A stretch of DNA of 59,648 nucleotides, counting the filler, from Sphacelaria rigidula (taxonomy: Eukaryota), in NCBI GenBank assembly GCA_964200075.2. It is 9 parts of 9 records of this genome, joined end to end, with 100 filler letters (N's around TTAATTAATTAA, not from the genome) between each part and the next. Parts side by side here need not be neighbours in the genome. Positions count along the whole stretch, not along the records: positions 13,279 to 19,817 come from CAXNAA020019472.1; positions 19,918 to 26,456 come from CAXNAA020019473.1; 7 more parts are not named here. The stretch is one strand, 5' to 3'. The notes beneath the pieces are model-generated. The model saw only the letters and a program-made list of their open reading frames with translations. It ran no database searches and was not told the DNA's origin. A program made the position numbers and the translations under genes. This document shows, one piece after another, positions 13,279 to 24,553 of this stretch (position 1 is the stretch's first letter; each line of letters begins with the position of its first letter).

Positions 13279-13597
13279 GCCCAATGACTTTTTTGTCGGC
13301 CTAATGCCCCTCAATCGCGTAGATACTTTTTCAGCGCATTTTACCGACTCTGTGAGCTTACAGCGCTGACCGAAATTGCTGTTTTCCCTGATATTACCCC
13401 CCCCTCCCTAAAACATAAGTAGAAATGGCGGTTTCGGACAGCGCTGTAAGCTCAGAGTCGATAGAATGCACTGAAGAAGTATCTACGCGATCGAGGGGTA
13501 TTAGGCCGACAAGAAAGTCATTGGGCACCATCGCTGAAAGCGTGGAGAAAGTACTGTTTTGGGCTCGAACCTCATGTTATTAATGGACCTCATTTTA
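13279..13597. mobile_element. Second copy of the fold-back element (core inverted relative to the 6640 copy); interrupts the Gypsy integrase
   Basis: Arms GCCCAATGACTTTTTTGTCGGCCTAATGCCCCTC.. / ..GAGGGGTATTAGGCCGACAAGAAAGTCATTGGGC. The core CCCTGATATTACCCCCC is the reverse complement of GGGGGGTAATATCAGGG at ~6755. The integrase reading frame breaks at its edge. Confidence 0.8.
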
Positions 13598-16593
13598 TAG
13601 AATCCTCTGTTAAACCCTGGGAAGCTAGCGGGCCACTCTCGCCCACGTACAAGAAGTCAAAATGGACGACTTCATTCGGCGTGGTCCCATGGACCGTTTG
13701 ACCAAGCGGGCGGGGAACAACATCGCCCGCCCTCGAGTCAGCACAGTGAAGACACTGGCGGACAAATTCGCGCACATTAGTTTCTATCCCCTGCCAGACA
13801 CAAAACTCTTGCAAGCGCACGAGTGTCGCAGCCACACCACGATGCCCCGCGTCGCGCATGTGCGCGCAAATCATCAGACGTACCTGCAACTGCTTGTTAT
13901 AACTCGGAATCCACAAAACGTCTCGGCCACGCACATGCACACGAAACAGACCTTCATTGTCCAAATAGCAGTACCAACATCCGACTCGACAGATTGCACA
14001 TCCGCATCTTCGGCCCCAAGGTCTTTTCGTTGCGCTTGGCGAACAACAGATTTGGACGGCATCGAGTCATCAGGTTCACACGGACCATACACAGCCGCAG
14101 CGCGCGCAGGCGAAGCCGGAATATTCACCCAACGCAAAAGCAAGTCACCCCACGCGTTACGTTCACCCGAAATATGACAAATCGTGTACCGATACTGGCC
14201 AAATACACCTTTCCACCCCTGCAATCGTTGTGCCAACGCCTTCGACACAGACGTCACGCATACCTCCGGGTTAAATATGTACGCTAGATCGCGGTGATCC
14301 GTGAAAATGTGCACGCCATTCCACAATAGATGCTCGAGACGACGAAACGTGCTCACGATAGCAAAACCTTCCTTGTCAATGGTTGCCCAACGCATCTGTG
14401 AACCCTTGAAATTACCACTAAGAGAAGTCATCGGTTCATGCGGCATGTCTTCAACTGGCAACCGCCGTTGCATTTCTGCATCAGGCACCTGCGTTACAAA
14501 ACTACCCCAATGACAAACAGATGCATCCGGAAACATCAGCACCTGGCAACCGGGGCGGGGATGGAACAGCGTCACGGCATGCGCCACCAGATCCTTCGCT
14601 TCCGCCCATGCCTACAACCTGTCTTTCGTCCACGCTGCGGGCGGAATAACGTGGTTTTTGGCCACCCGCTTCGTTCGCCTTGCAGCCCCCACCATGCGTT
14701 TTTCAAGGAAAACGCGCAAGGGCGCCACTACTTTGGCCATACGTGACAACGAAGTACGCAACCAGTTCATTGCGTGCAGGAATTGCACTAGTTCTGCTGC
14801 TGTTTCTGGACGCCACATGTCAGACAAACCTTGCAAGCGGACCGGGTAATGCGAGACGCGGCCGTGTGAATATACTTTTCCACACCACACTAATTCACTA
14901 GCAAAAAAGTTACACTGGTGGGCAGCTGCAAACAGACCAACACTCTCTAAGCGAGCCAAGATTTCATCGAGCGTATCCAACAGTTCGTCTTCCGGATCCG
15001 TGAAGAAAACGACATCATCCACCCAAATCTTGCATTTCAAGCCATCTAAAAGGTCTACCATGGCACCTTGAAAATAGGAAGTAGCATTCAACACGCCTTG
15101 CGGTACTCGTTGCGGGGTAAACATGCCAAAACGGAGTCGTGATGGTGAATATCTCTTGCGCCTCTTCGGCTAACGGCATCTGCCAGTACCCTCGTAGGAG
15201 GTCCAACTTACCGAAGCATCGCGCACTCAGCAGATCTATCATGTCAGATTCCTGATTAGGTATGGCACCCGGCGACTTCTCCACTTGATCACAGACGGCT
15301 CCGTGATCTTCGACAAGACGGAAATAGTCCTTCTTTGGCACCGCCATCGCTGGACTGGACCACACCGCCTGTAGATTCCTGAACACCAACCCAGACGCCA
15401 CAAGAGCTCCCATGCAAGAAGCTAACCACCTGGACTTCACCAGATCATATCTCCTCGGTTTTGCCTTCACCGCCGCCGCCCCTGGCTTCAGTGTAACCCT
15501 CATGGGTTCCACGCGCGCAGGGGGATCACCCATCAGCGCACGACGAAACGCGTTAACGTGGCGATACAATATGCCACGCAAGCGCTCCGCTTTTGAGACG
15601 TTGAGGCCATTTGCCACAGCATCCGTCACACTTTCCTCCAGCGCAGCCATTCGCGCGGACTCCTCTTCTGCCGGCTCCGTAAACATATCGGGGCCACGCT
15701 CCACTAAGCGTTCCACCGCCTCATCACGCTCCTCGGACACCTGCCTCCCCGCCTCCTGGAGAGCATCAACCGACAAGGTCACTCTGCGACTGGCCAAAAA
15801 AGCAGGTGTCTTGACACTTGAATCGGGCGACGGCATTTGCGTTTTTAGGGCCTCTAACAGCCGATCATACGGATCCACTTCGAGTCCCCGAAGCGTCGGT
15901 AAGCCCAACAGAATGACGCCATCCGCCCCCGGCATGATCGCAAACGATATCGGGGGTAATTTCGCTGGCCCCCAGGTAGTCCTAAACGCCGACTGTAGGG
16001 CAATCGTACGCTCCGTCACATTTATACGTTGCCCTGATGCGGTGATGGCCTGCCGCACTCCGAGCGAGAACGGGATGCGGATTTTTTCACAAGGGAGTAG
16101 ACGCGCCAGCATCTCTACAACCAGCACCAAAACGCTCGTGAAACGGGCGCCTGAATCCAACACAGCGTTGACCGATATGGCTCCCCGCGCCCGTTGATTT
16201 GGGAGATATAACTCTGCTGGAATATATTTTTCTTGATCCTCGACCGGCACCTGCTCCGCCGACTGATTTGTCGTGATCCCCACTTGGCGCCACGGCTGCG
16301 CGTGCGGCGCAGGCATAGACGCCCCCGCTGGAGTCACCGGCACCGCCGGCAGGTACGAAGCCCTGCTGCAGAACCAAATTGCCGCGGTACTCCGGCCGAC
16401 GCAGCAGCGGATCCAAATTTCAGCTGAAATCCGGCCGGCTCAGCAGCAGGCGTCTCGCCTTGCTCTGCTGCCGGCGGCGCCGGCACCAAGCCCGACACTA
16501 GAGAGATCGATCCCACCTGCACCGCCCGTTGCGGAGCAGCAGCCCCTCCGGCTGAGCCGGACCTAGAACCGGACCCCTGCTGGCGATGCTGCC

Positions 16594-16640
<47 letters not shown>

Positions 16641-17713
16641 GAACCAGACTGTACACTTGCACCGCTGGAGGATCTGCCTCCGCCACCACCCTGATTACCT
16701 TCTCCCCCTTTGTGATTGCGAGGGCGCGCAGCACTTGTCTGCCCAGACTCTCCCTAGGAAGGCGTTGGGCACTTGCGTGCGTAGTGGCCTACCTGACCAC
16801 ACTGAAAGCAAGTGATATTGGCGGCGGCACTGCCTGCGACTTTCGATCCGCGGTTACGCGAGCTCGAAGACTGCGGCGACGACGTGGATGATTTCCTGAA
16901 TACTTCAATCTTCCGCCATGTCTGAGCCTCAGCCACCACGGTATCCATAACTAAGTGCGGGTCTGACTTCCAATTGGTTTCGTGCTATAATTGCACAAGC
17001 ACGGTCTGTTTGAATTCTGCCGGGGCCAGACCCTCCACCATCACTTTCGTGATCACCACAGCAGGCCCTGGACGGAATTTCCCATCGGAGGAACGATAAA
17101 TCATCTCGACGTTGGGATTTTCCGAAAAATATGTCTCCAACTTTCTCATGATTGGCTCCACCCTCTCACGCATGGTCTTCCCTTTGTGGTTCATGGCAAC
17201 AGCCTCCGCCACGGCTGCGGACGCCTGTGTTAGCTCTACCTCAGCGCCCGCCGCATGCCCTGCATGCTTTGTGATCGCTGCAGCCAATTGCAGCGGCGTT
17301 ACTGTGTTCTTCTCATGGAATCTTCTCGCCAAAACGCTTTAGAGGGGGGTAGGCACGAGTTGCGCCATGGAAACCACCTGATGCCTTACCGCACCCCCCG
17401 CATTCGCATGCTCCACCCGCTTCTTGTATTCCACGTATTTTGTATAGAACAAACGAGAAACACACTCAGAATACAAATTTCCGTAACTGGGAGGCCGCAC
17501 CTCTTCTCTTAGAACAACTGGTGTTACGGTCGTCTCCGCTGGCTCTTCGGCCGGTACCTCTGTAGTCGACATTTCCGAGCGGACCTCATCGAAGGCTTCT
17601 GAACCTTCTCGAACTCCACAGTTCACACCTGCCCTCGTCGCCGCACCACACAGCCGTGGGGTCCTATAAACTCCCGCTGCAGCTCCAGCAAGTCTCCAGT
17701 CTGGATCAATCAT
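13590..17713 (-). pseudogene. Gypsy gag-pol pseudogene
   Basis: Motifs: CCHC knuckle CFQCGQVGHYARKC; protease VLDSGA; RT LDLLRGYWQ..PQGVLNA..IWVDD; RNase H FPDAS..DKEGFAIV..FTDHRDL..GERNAWGDLL; integrase HHCC (AHMRDAGHRG..CLHC) and VHFDFLY. In-frame stops at 17339, 16985, 16754 and 14612; frameshifts near 16350, 15130 and 13970. Confidence 0.93.
16595..16639. repeat. (CTG)15 microsatellite, read as poly-Gln in the gag frame
   Basis: Seen directly; the gag frame reads SGSQQQQ... Confidence 0.95.
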
Positions 17714-19817
17714 GAGCCAGCCGCCTTCGAAGCTTCCTCAGCTTGAAATCTCCTCACGTATCCGTGAAGCAATATGTTCGAAGCTGTCCAAACTCCTCTC
17801 TACTGAAACATTTCCAGCAGTCACTAACGATAGCACAACTAGCACGACTAGCACTACCACTAATATCGATATTGTGTAGCTAGTACTGCAGCGTCTAATG
17901 CTGTTGAGTGACTCCCCGGTTCCACTGGCCTCAGGTTTCAGTTGTTGGCCTTCACAACACCTTTTATTATCCTGGAGTGCCACACAGGCACATGGGCTCC
18001 ATAAACCACATCAGGGTATCACCCCTGTGTCCATGTCATCATCCATATCATCACTACAGATCTCAAGTCATCATCCATAATATCATTATATACTTAACGT
18101 GACGGCGTGATTTCGTCACATGCCGTTAGGGCTGGTGTGTCGGCGAGTTATTCACCCATGTTCGTTGGATCTTTGTGAGCTCCGGCACACAAGCGACCTG
18201 TACGCATCGTTGGACCTTCCGGGTCTTCAGACCGACCAACAGTGGGGCTACACTTTTCTGGTCGTTGGGTTTTGGCCTTGTCATGAGGAAGGAAGATAGA
18301 GAGGCGTTATTTGTTCCTCCAGACAGTTTTGGGGCAGGTTGGCTCACAGATCACTCGATCCATCCATCGGAATGCTCCGATAGTCCTGGGGACGGTTGAT
18401 GTACAGCCTACGTTCTAGGAAAGATTGATGCACAGGCTGGTATATCCTAGCTGCGGAAGATTAGTGTGCAGGCTGACACGCCCTGGTCCCGAGGAGGCAA
18501 ACGCCTTCTCGGGCCGAGTTCAGATAGGTTGTGTTGCATGTACCTCATGCACCCTCGCACACTCTTGAAGCTACCCTTCGAGCCGGACCATCTGCTCCTT
18601 CTGCTTACCTTTGGTGAGAACAGTGCGCTGGGTGATCAGAGTTAAAAAGATATCAAGCCTTTGAGCTCCCTTTGTTTGGTTGCTACTGTGACCAACAGTC
18701 ACGTGAATCTGCACGTGTGTATTTGTAGCTTGTTTTACTCGGACACATTGCACTTTGTGCATTCTACAAGCTTGCAGTACATTGATCTATCAAGGAAGGT
18801 GTGTGAGTCAGTTCCATACCTCTCCTCATTACACTGACGTTCGACTAATTGACCGTGTCTTGCTTGGTTTTTCAGTAGCCCACGCGTATTCTCATAGCCT
18901 TGTCGCCTTGTCTAGCTGTCTCTTTCTGTAGCCCACGTTTGCTGCTCTTCATTTTTGGTTCATCTGTACTTTTCCCCCTAGTTAGTAGCAGTTTCAACAG
19001 TCTTTCGTTTTCGTTTAGCTTTTAGAGGGCTTTTTCTTTTGCTGTACTACAGTGCTGTTTCCCTGCAATTCTTCAGTAGCATCTCCGCCGCGCAACCCCG
19101 CCACAGCAGCAACAATTGCCACCTGCCATTTGTCCCGTTCCTGCTTTGGTCGCTTCTTTTGCTGGGCCACACTCTTGCTTTGCAGTGCCCTCGTTCTGTT
19201 GTCATCATCCTTTTCAACCCCGCCCAGCGCTGTGTCAGCTGGCTTGTTGTAAACTCTTGCGGACAGTTGACACTATACCTTACTGAACCGTTACAGAACA
19301 CGCCGCTTTTATCTTACGACGAAATCGACTGTACCCTTTTTTCCTTGCAGGACGTTGACACTTGTGTGCCGCTGCTTTGTTTGTAGTGCGGTGTTCTTTT
19401 ACTTTTGACACTGACTGCTTTACAGTAGTGTCTTCATACTTTTTCGGTGCGACAATTGCGTAGTAACAACTGCCGCAGCAGAGTTGTGGTAGTAGCGACC
19501 ACCGCTCCAGCGTGCAGAGTACTGTAGTGCACACTATTTGTTCTTCCGCGCGATAATCTGCACCAACCCAATTGATACATTCGGTGCTGTACGTCTCTCA
19601 TCGCACCTCTTATCAGGTTTATATCACACCTCCGCCCCGCTACTACATTCTCGCTGGGTGCGCACTACGTGGTCACCTTTTCACTTTTGGGTCGTGCATT
19701 CCCCGACGCGCTTTCATCTTTTGTGCGTGTACTGCTGAATACATTTCTTTTTGGGCAATGGCCTAGAAAAGGTATACCTTCTCGTTTTTTGCCTAGGAAA
19801 GGTACGACAAATGGCCA

Positions 19818-19917
19818 NNNNNNNNNNNNNNNNNNNNNNNNNNNNNNNNNNNNNNNNNNNNTTAATTAATTAANNNNNNNNNNNNNNNNNNNNNNNNNNN
19901 NNNNNNNNNNNNNNNNN
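19818..19917. other. Artificial contig spacer
   Basis: N44-TTAATTAATTAA-N44. Confidence 0.99.
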
Positions 19918-20700
19918 TTCCCATGCGGCTCCCGGGGCACGCGGTTCTCTCACGCATTACATCTGGACCCACCCTCCCCCCCCCCCCTCCCCCGGCAGCT
20001 CCGGATTCAAAATATTTTTTTCTCAAACGAGACAAGTCTTGATCACCCTTTCGGGCGTCACCTGCTCAGCAAGACGTTGTCGAAACAATTCGCACGAGCC
20101 GTGCTTGGTTCTGTCGTGTGTTTCATGAATAAACTTGGATGGTGTGCAGTGGTTTGAGCAGTGTTGAGTGTTGCTTTCAACTTATTTATCAATAACAGTT
20201 CTTTGATGATTCAACACGATTCAAGCAAGCAAGTAAATATGATCACGCCAAAAAAATAGCGCAGACCCTCCGGCGACAACCCCTTAGTCACATTAGTGCG
20301 GCTGTTGCAGTGGTTGCTGCGGTCGCGGACGGGTGAAAGCTTTGTGGTTCGTCGCAACTGCCCCCCTCCCCCGCCTCGGTCTTTTGCCCCAAGTTATTCG
20401 TCTCGCGGCGTTTTCGCGAAAAAGTCTTTGGCTGTGCTTCTTCTGGTCTTGGGGTGCCGACCTGTAGTGATTTGACTCGCTTGGGTTTGCTACGATTGAT
20501 CCATGATCACCTTGCATCAAGCCAAGGATCCGGCGGATTATGTTCGCTTCCGCAGCGTGCTTCAAGCCCGAAACAAAACCAAGACTTGCCGAGACCGCGA
20601 CCGTTTCTTTTTTGCCGCTTGTGCTTGAGTGTGTTCTGCAAGTGAAGTGACTCTTCTCCCCCGTTCAACCCAGTCTAAAACCAAGTAACATGTGGTTGAG

Positions 20701-20873
20701 CTTGGTTGCATTGAGTGCATAGGATTTAGTATAGAACCGGAACCTGCCAGCCCGCTTGGTTGCATCGAGTGTAAAGGATTTAGTATAGAACCGGAACCTG
20801 CCAGCCCGATTGGTTGCATCGAGTTTATAGGGTTTGGAATAGAACCGGAAGCCGCCAGCCCGCTTGGTTGCAT
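20701..20873. repeat. 54-bp tandem repeat, ~3.2 copies
   Basis: Unit CTTGGTTGCATYGAGT..TAGAACCGGAACCTGCCAGCCCG starts at 20701, 20755 and 20809, with a partial copy at 20863. Confidence 0.95.
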
Positions 20874-21091
20874 GGGAGCGTGGGACTTGGCCCAGCCGGT
20901 CGACGGGTGTACGCCGGCGCTGGTTGCGTTTCACCCAGCCATGTTCCGTCCCTCGCAAGTAGTGGGTGCGGTAACACGAACCCTTTCCACAGTGGCGTCT
21001 GTGAAAACACCGCGTGTCGACCGCAATGTTTGATTACGGATAGGCGAACACGGCATCACACGAGCCCAGGTTATCACGGCCGACACCCAAC

Positions 21092-21350
21092 GACGGTTGT
21101 GACGAATCGTGGCCGGTTGTAATAACTGAATCAACAGAATACAGAAGCCTGATTGCTCCAACGAGAGCAAAGTTTCCGTCGCTAGGAAGAAAAGCTCCGA
21201 CCCAAGTTTTGCCGGGCTGATTTTGCGCCATTTCATGTGCCTGGACTCAGTGTACCTCGGCTGCAACCCTAAAAGCAAAGGTTGAGGGTGCTTTCGTGCG
21301 GCACGAATCAACCACGAGTGCACGAAAATGGAGTAATTTTCAGACGAGGC
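21092..21350. mobile_element. Diverged copy of MITE family A
   Basis: Core TTTTGCGCCATTTCATGTGCCTGGACTCAGTGTACCTCGGCTGCAAC matches the 56611-56658 core; the TIRs are eroded. Confidence 0.6.
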
Positions 21351-21390
21351 ATTGCTTCAAGAACATGCGAGGCCCACAGTATTCCCTCAC

Positions 21391-23865
21391 CTCCAGATGC
21401 TCCTTCTGCTCAGCTTTAACCGCCTCGACGATGGTGAGATCCTGTGTCGCCCTGACACCAGGAGTGCCGTTCAGGGTGTCTTTGTACACGGTACAGGCGT
21501 GGTATTTCATGAACGTCGAACCGACCTTGGGCTCCAGCTTGGGTCGTACCTCTCGCCAAACGCGATAAAAAAAAGCTTCGCTCGCAACTAATCCTCCCGC
21601 CTCCTGTCCTTTGTAAAGTGCATACAGCTCCTGCGGGACGTACCGACCATAGACCCGACAAGGGATGATTTGTCATCGGTAGAGGTAGGGTTGTACCGAC
21701 GGCGTTGACACCCCCGTTGTACATCTTATGATAGTATCCTGGTGCTATATACCAAGATGACCGGCGCAAGCCCGGTCTCGGCCATCGACATGTACGTGTG
21801 ATGATCCCCGCGTCGCCAATCCGTCCATTGTATGACGTCAACGAATATCGGGTGACAGATACCTGTTCTCCAATCAACGTGGGGTTGAGAAGATTAAAAA
21901 ACCAGGGGCACATGTACATTGTCCTCATGATGGCAGTGACGAGAAACGGGGAGGCCCCTCGACAGCAGGTCTGACCGTGCTGCTTTAATACGAAAACGAG
22001 TGCGAAAAACTGTCGTTGTACTGCTACGCAGGCTTGCCCGGGAAAGGAGCTGGAATGTAACTGGCCCGGGTGAGAGCCGTGCGGAGCATCGAGCGTGGCG
22101 ATCGAGCGGAAGAGTCAATGAGAGCCTTGCAGGTGCAATGGATATCAACCTAACATTAAGTAAGGTAGACGTCGGGGTGTTCATAGCTTGATCTAAGACG
22201 AAATTTTTGGGCCTAGTACAACGTCTGTGAGAGGTCGCACTATGCATTGCTTCGCACTTGATGTTGAACACCAGGACAACCCACCTTCTTGCTTCGAAGG
22301 TAGAGGTACGTGGCGTCTCTATGGGGCATGTACTGTCCGAAACTTGCGGCGAAGTCTTCGAGAAACGCCACGACGTGCTCGTGTCGGCTACGTACCTGTG
22401 AGCTATCAGCCCTGCATGTCAAACACGTCGTCGGAGAAACGCCGATGGATCGAGGCGGCGGGCGGTTGGACAGTGCGGGGGAACGTGGATTCAGAATCCT
22501 CACCGCACACGGTCGATCGAAACTCGGTATAACGTGGGCTGCGCCGCTGTCATGCACTCATGGTCTGTCCGTATGGACTTCAAGAGAGGGTGTTGTTGGC
22601 ACGACGATGTCGACGTGCGGGATAGATGCCTGTGCAATAGGTTGTGGTGGTTTCAAAATTAAGCCCCATGCGTTCAAATGATGCAAGCGCTGCACGGTAA
22701 CATGATGCAAGCGCTGCACGGTGACGTTTGTTACACTGCGCTGGCGTTCGGAGTACATTAGTGGCACCGCGACTCGATTACTTCGCCGTGAACTTGTGCT
22801 GACTACAGAAGCTGTGCACTTTTGTGAGGAGCTGCACGCCGCCATGATGGATCGGTGTACGCGCTGCGACCCAACTGAACTCATGAAAGCATGCCGGTCA
22901 CATGAACATCGACCAGCACTGGAAACAATGTATCCATTTTTACATATAACCCCTGTTCCGGCCAACAAGTAAAGGTGAGCACCGCAGAACGACGGCGGAG
23001 TACAGTGCTCAAAACAAAAGCAAGAAAAAGCTTCTGTGTTGACCTTTCCCCTGTGCGACCCCCGGCAGGTGCGCCCAAATACACCGAAAGGTGTACACCG
23101 GCGTGCAGGCCTCCAGAATAGATGGGACGATAAACACCCGTGCACACACCCATACACACACAAACGCACACACACACACGCACGACCCCAGGTGATCGGT
23201 GTAACAATTAAAGTGCACACCGAGCACATGCGACAGGGGCAGCCTGAGTTGGTCTCGATCCCGCAGAACACTGTAAGTCATGGCACGACATACCTGTTCA
23301 GGACTACCGAAGAACGTGGGTTCCTCTTCGCGGACTCGATGGTGTTGTGCCACACTCCGAACGCAAGTGCGAAGAACGAGTTACAAACCAACTCGTTCGC
23401 CGCTAGCATGCATCCCCGATTGTTTCTGACCTTCACAAGCGGCACCTGGCGACGCACCCAGTCAAGTCGCGCCCGGCATGACCTTAGTTTTGGAAACTCT
23501 GCTTGCTCTGCGCGCAGTACGACGATATCACGGGCACCGCCAACAAAACCGTCAACACACTTCAGTGTCTTGCAGCACTGAAATGACATCTGCACCATGT
23601 CTGTTACGTCGGTAGTAGCCGGCCGTGTCGTGCTCTTCGAATCGTTCTGAAGGGATCGGCTTCCCGAGTCTCGGCCTATACTGCCCCGATGTAGGGTGCT
23701 GTGGAAGGAGCCGTGGAGAGGTGGGGTGTTTGGGCTCATGGTCTGGAGGGGGCATGGGCTCAGACCTGCGGGAGAGGGGACATCATCACCTCCAGGTGAG
23801 GGTTTCCCTGGCCGCTGACGTTCACGTTGGGCGAACATCACCCGACTTGCCACGTATGCGCTCAT
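21391..23865 (-). CDS. Intron-containing Cys-rich DNA transposase-like gene (Sola-like / DUF7869-type N-terminal half); partial, probably decaying. Exons: ~23865-23294, 22411-22285, 21630-21391
   Basis: Phase-consistent splicing gives CCKTLKC..DIVVLR..LVCNSFFALAFGV..NR|ADSSQVRSRHEHVVAFLEDFAASFGQYMPHRDATYLYLRSKK|ELYALY..SEAFFYRVWREVRPKL..FMKYHAC..EHLE. This follows the CC..C / VC..F...G / F....G..MP / S...F...W / F.K(C)..C...H pattern that precedes the RNase H-fold core in such transposases. The catalytic exons and true start are not visible. Confidence 0.62.
22962..23182 (+). mobile_element. 5'-truncated tRNA-derived SINE copy with (CA)n tail, inside a transposase intron
   Basis: Reverse complement of the 52456-52620 and 58460-58640 segments (..TGTGTTGACCTT..CCTGTG.GACCCC..CCGAAAGGTGTA.AC..CCAGAATAGATGGGA.GATAA..CACACA). 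Confidence 0.8.
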
Positions 23866-24553
23866 GTTGCAGTGCTGCGAGGTGGACTTGTCCGCTGCGG
23901 GCGGACAGGGTGTCGTTTAAAACCTGCTGCTCACTCCCGACTTGTCTACCAGTCGGCGCCAGGAAGGCGTCCTGCGTCTCTTCTCGGATGGCAGTTGACA
24001 ACGGTCTGATAAGCTTCCTAAATCTCCGTTGAATATCCGTGCATGATGTATAGTACCCCTTCATTCAAATGAGCGGTTGTAGTAATCGCAAACAGTGGCA
24101 TTGCGCGGGTTTTCTGATCCGAATTTTTTATTCCGTTTTCGTGCTCCGTTTGTACTCCTCGCACATCGCTCCATGCCCGCACCGGGACCCCACGTGTATG
24201 CACGGATGACTAGTCCGCAAAAAAAAACGTTGCGAAGGCGCGTTCCAAGAGGCGGAGACGTGGTCGATGGGATAACCAAAAACGCTCGTCGTCACACGTG
24301 AATTGTGCGTGTCCACATACCACAATCAGTTTTCCCACAGTGAGATGCCACTGACATATCGCGCATGTCGGCGCGATAAATAACGGGTGACCCGCGCTAG
24401 GAAACGGAACACAAATGGCAATCCCGTATCTTCCAAAATTGCCGCGCCCTCCATCCCACCTCCGTCCAGACACACCGCCCTCCGCTTCAATTTAGCAACA
24501 CAAATCGCCATCGGTTATTCACATCCGGTGCCGACGGTGGAATTTCTAGGGCC

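Larger units (their letters stand above)
13590..18120 (-). mobile_element. Decayed Ty3/Gypsy LTR retrotransposon (putative 5' LTR, gag, PR, RT, RNase H, truncated IN)
   Basis: Domain order PR-RT-RH-IN. The candidate LTR start TGTGACG.. is at 18120 on the minus strand; the LTR inner boundary and PBS were not identified. Confidence 0.93.

Noticed and set aside
15412..16197. 261-aa plus-strand ORF (and the 257-aa ORF at 45225-45998)
   Set aside because: Antisense shadows of GC-rich Gypsy pol sequence with no independent motifs.
16330..16360. Programmed gag-pol ribosomal frameshift
   Set aside because: No slippery heptamer is evident, and the element has several other disabling stops and frameshifts, so decay is the simpler explanation.
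14612..17341. TAR-to-Gln genetic code reassignment
   Set aside because: The host exons contain no in-frame TAA/TAG and the RCC1-like gene appears to end at TAG; the stops are confined to a decayed element.
20701..20873. 54-bp repeats as a CRISPR array or repeat protein
   Set aside because: The units are directly adjacent with no unique spacers, there are no cas genes and the context is eukaryotic. Open frames on both strands follow simply from the unit length being a multiple of 3.
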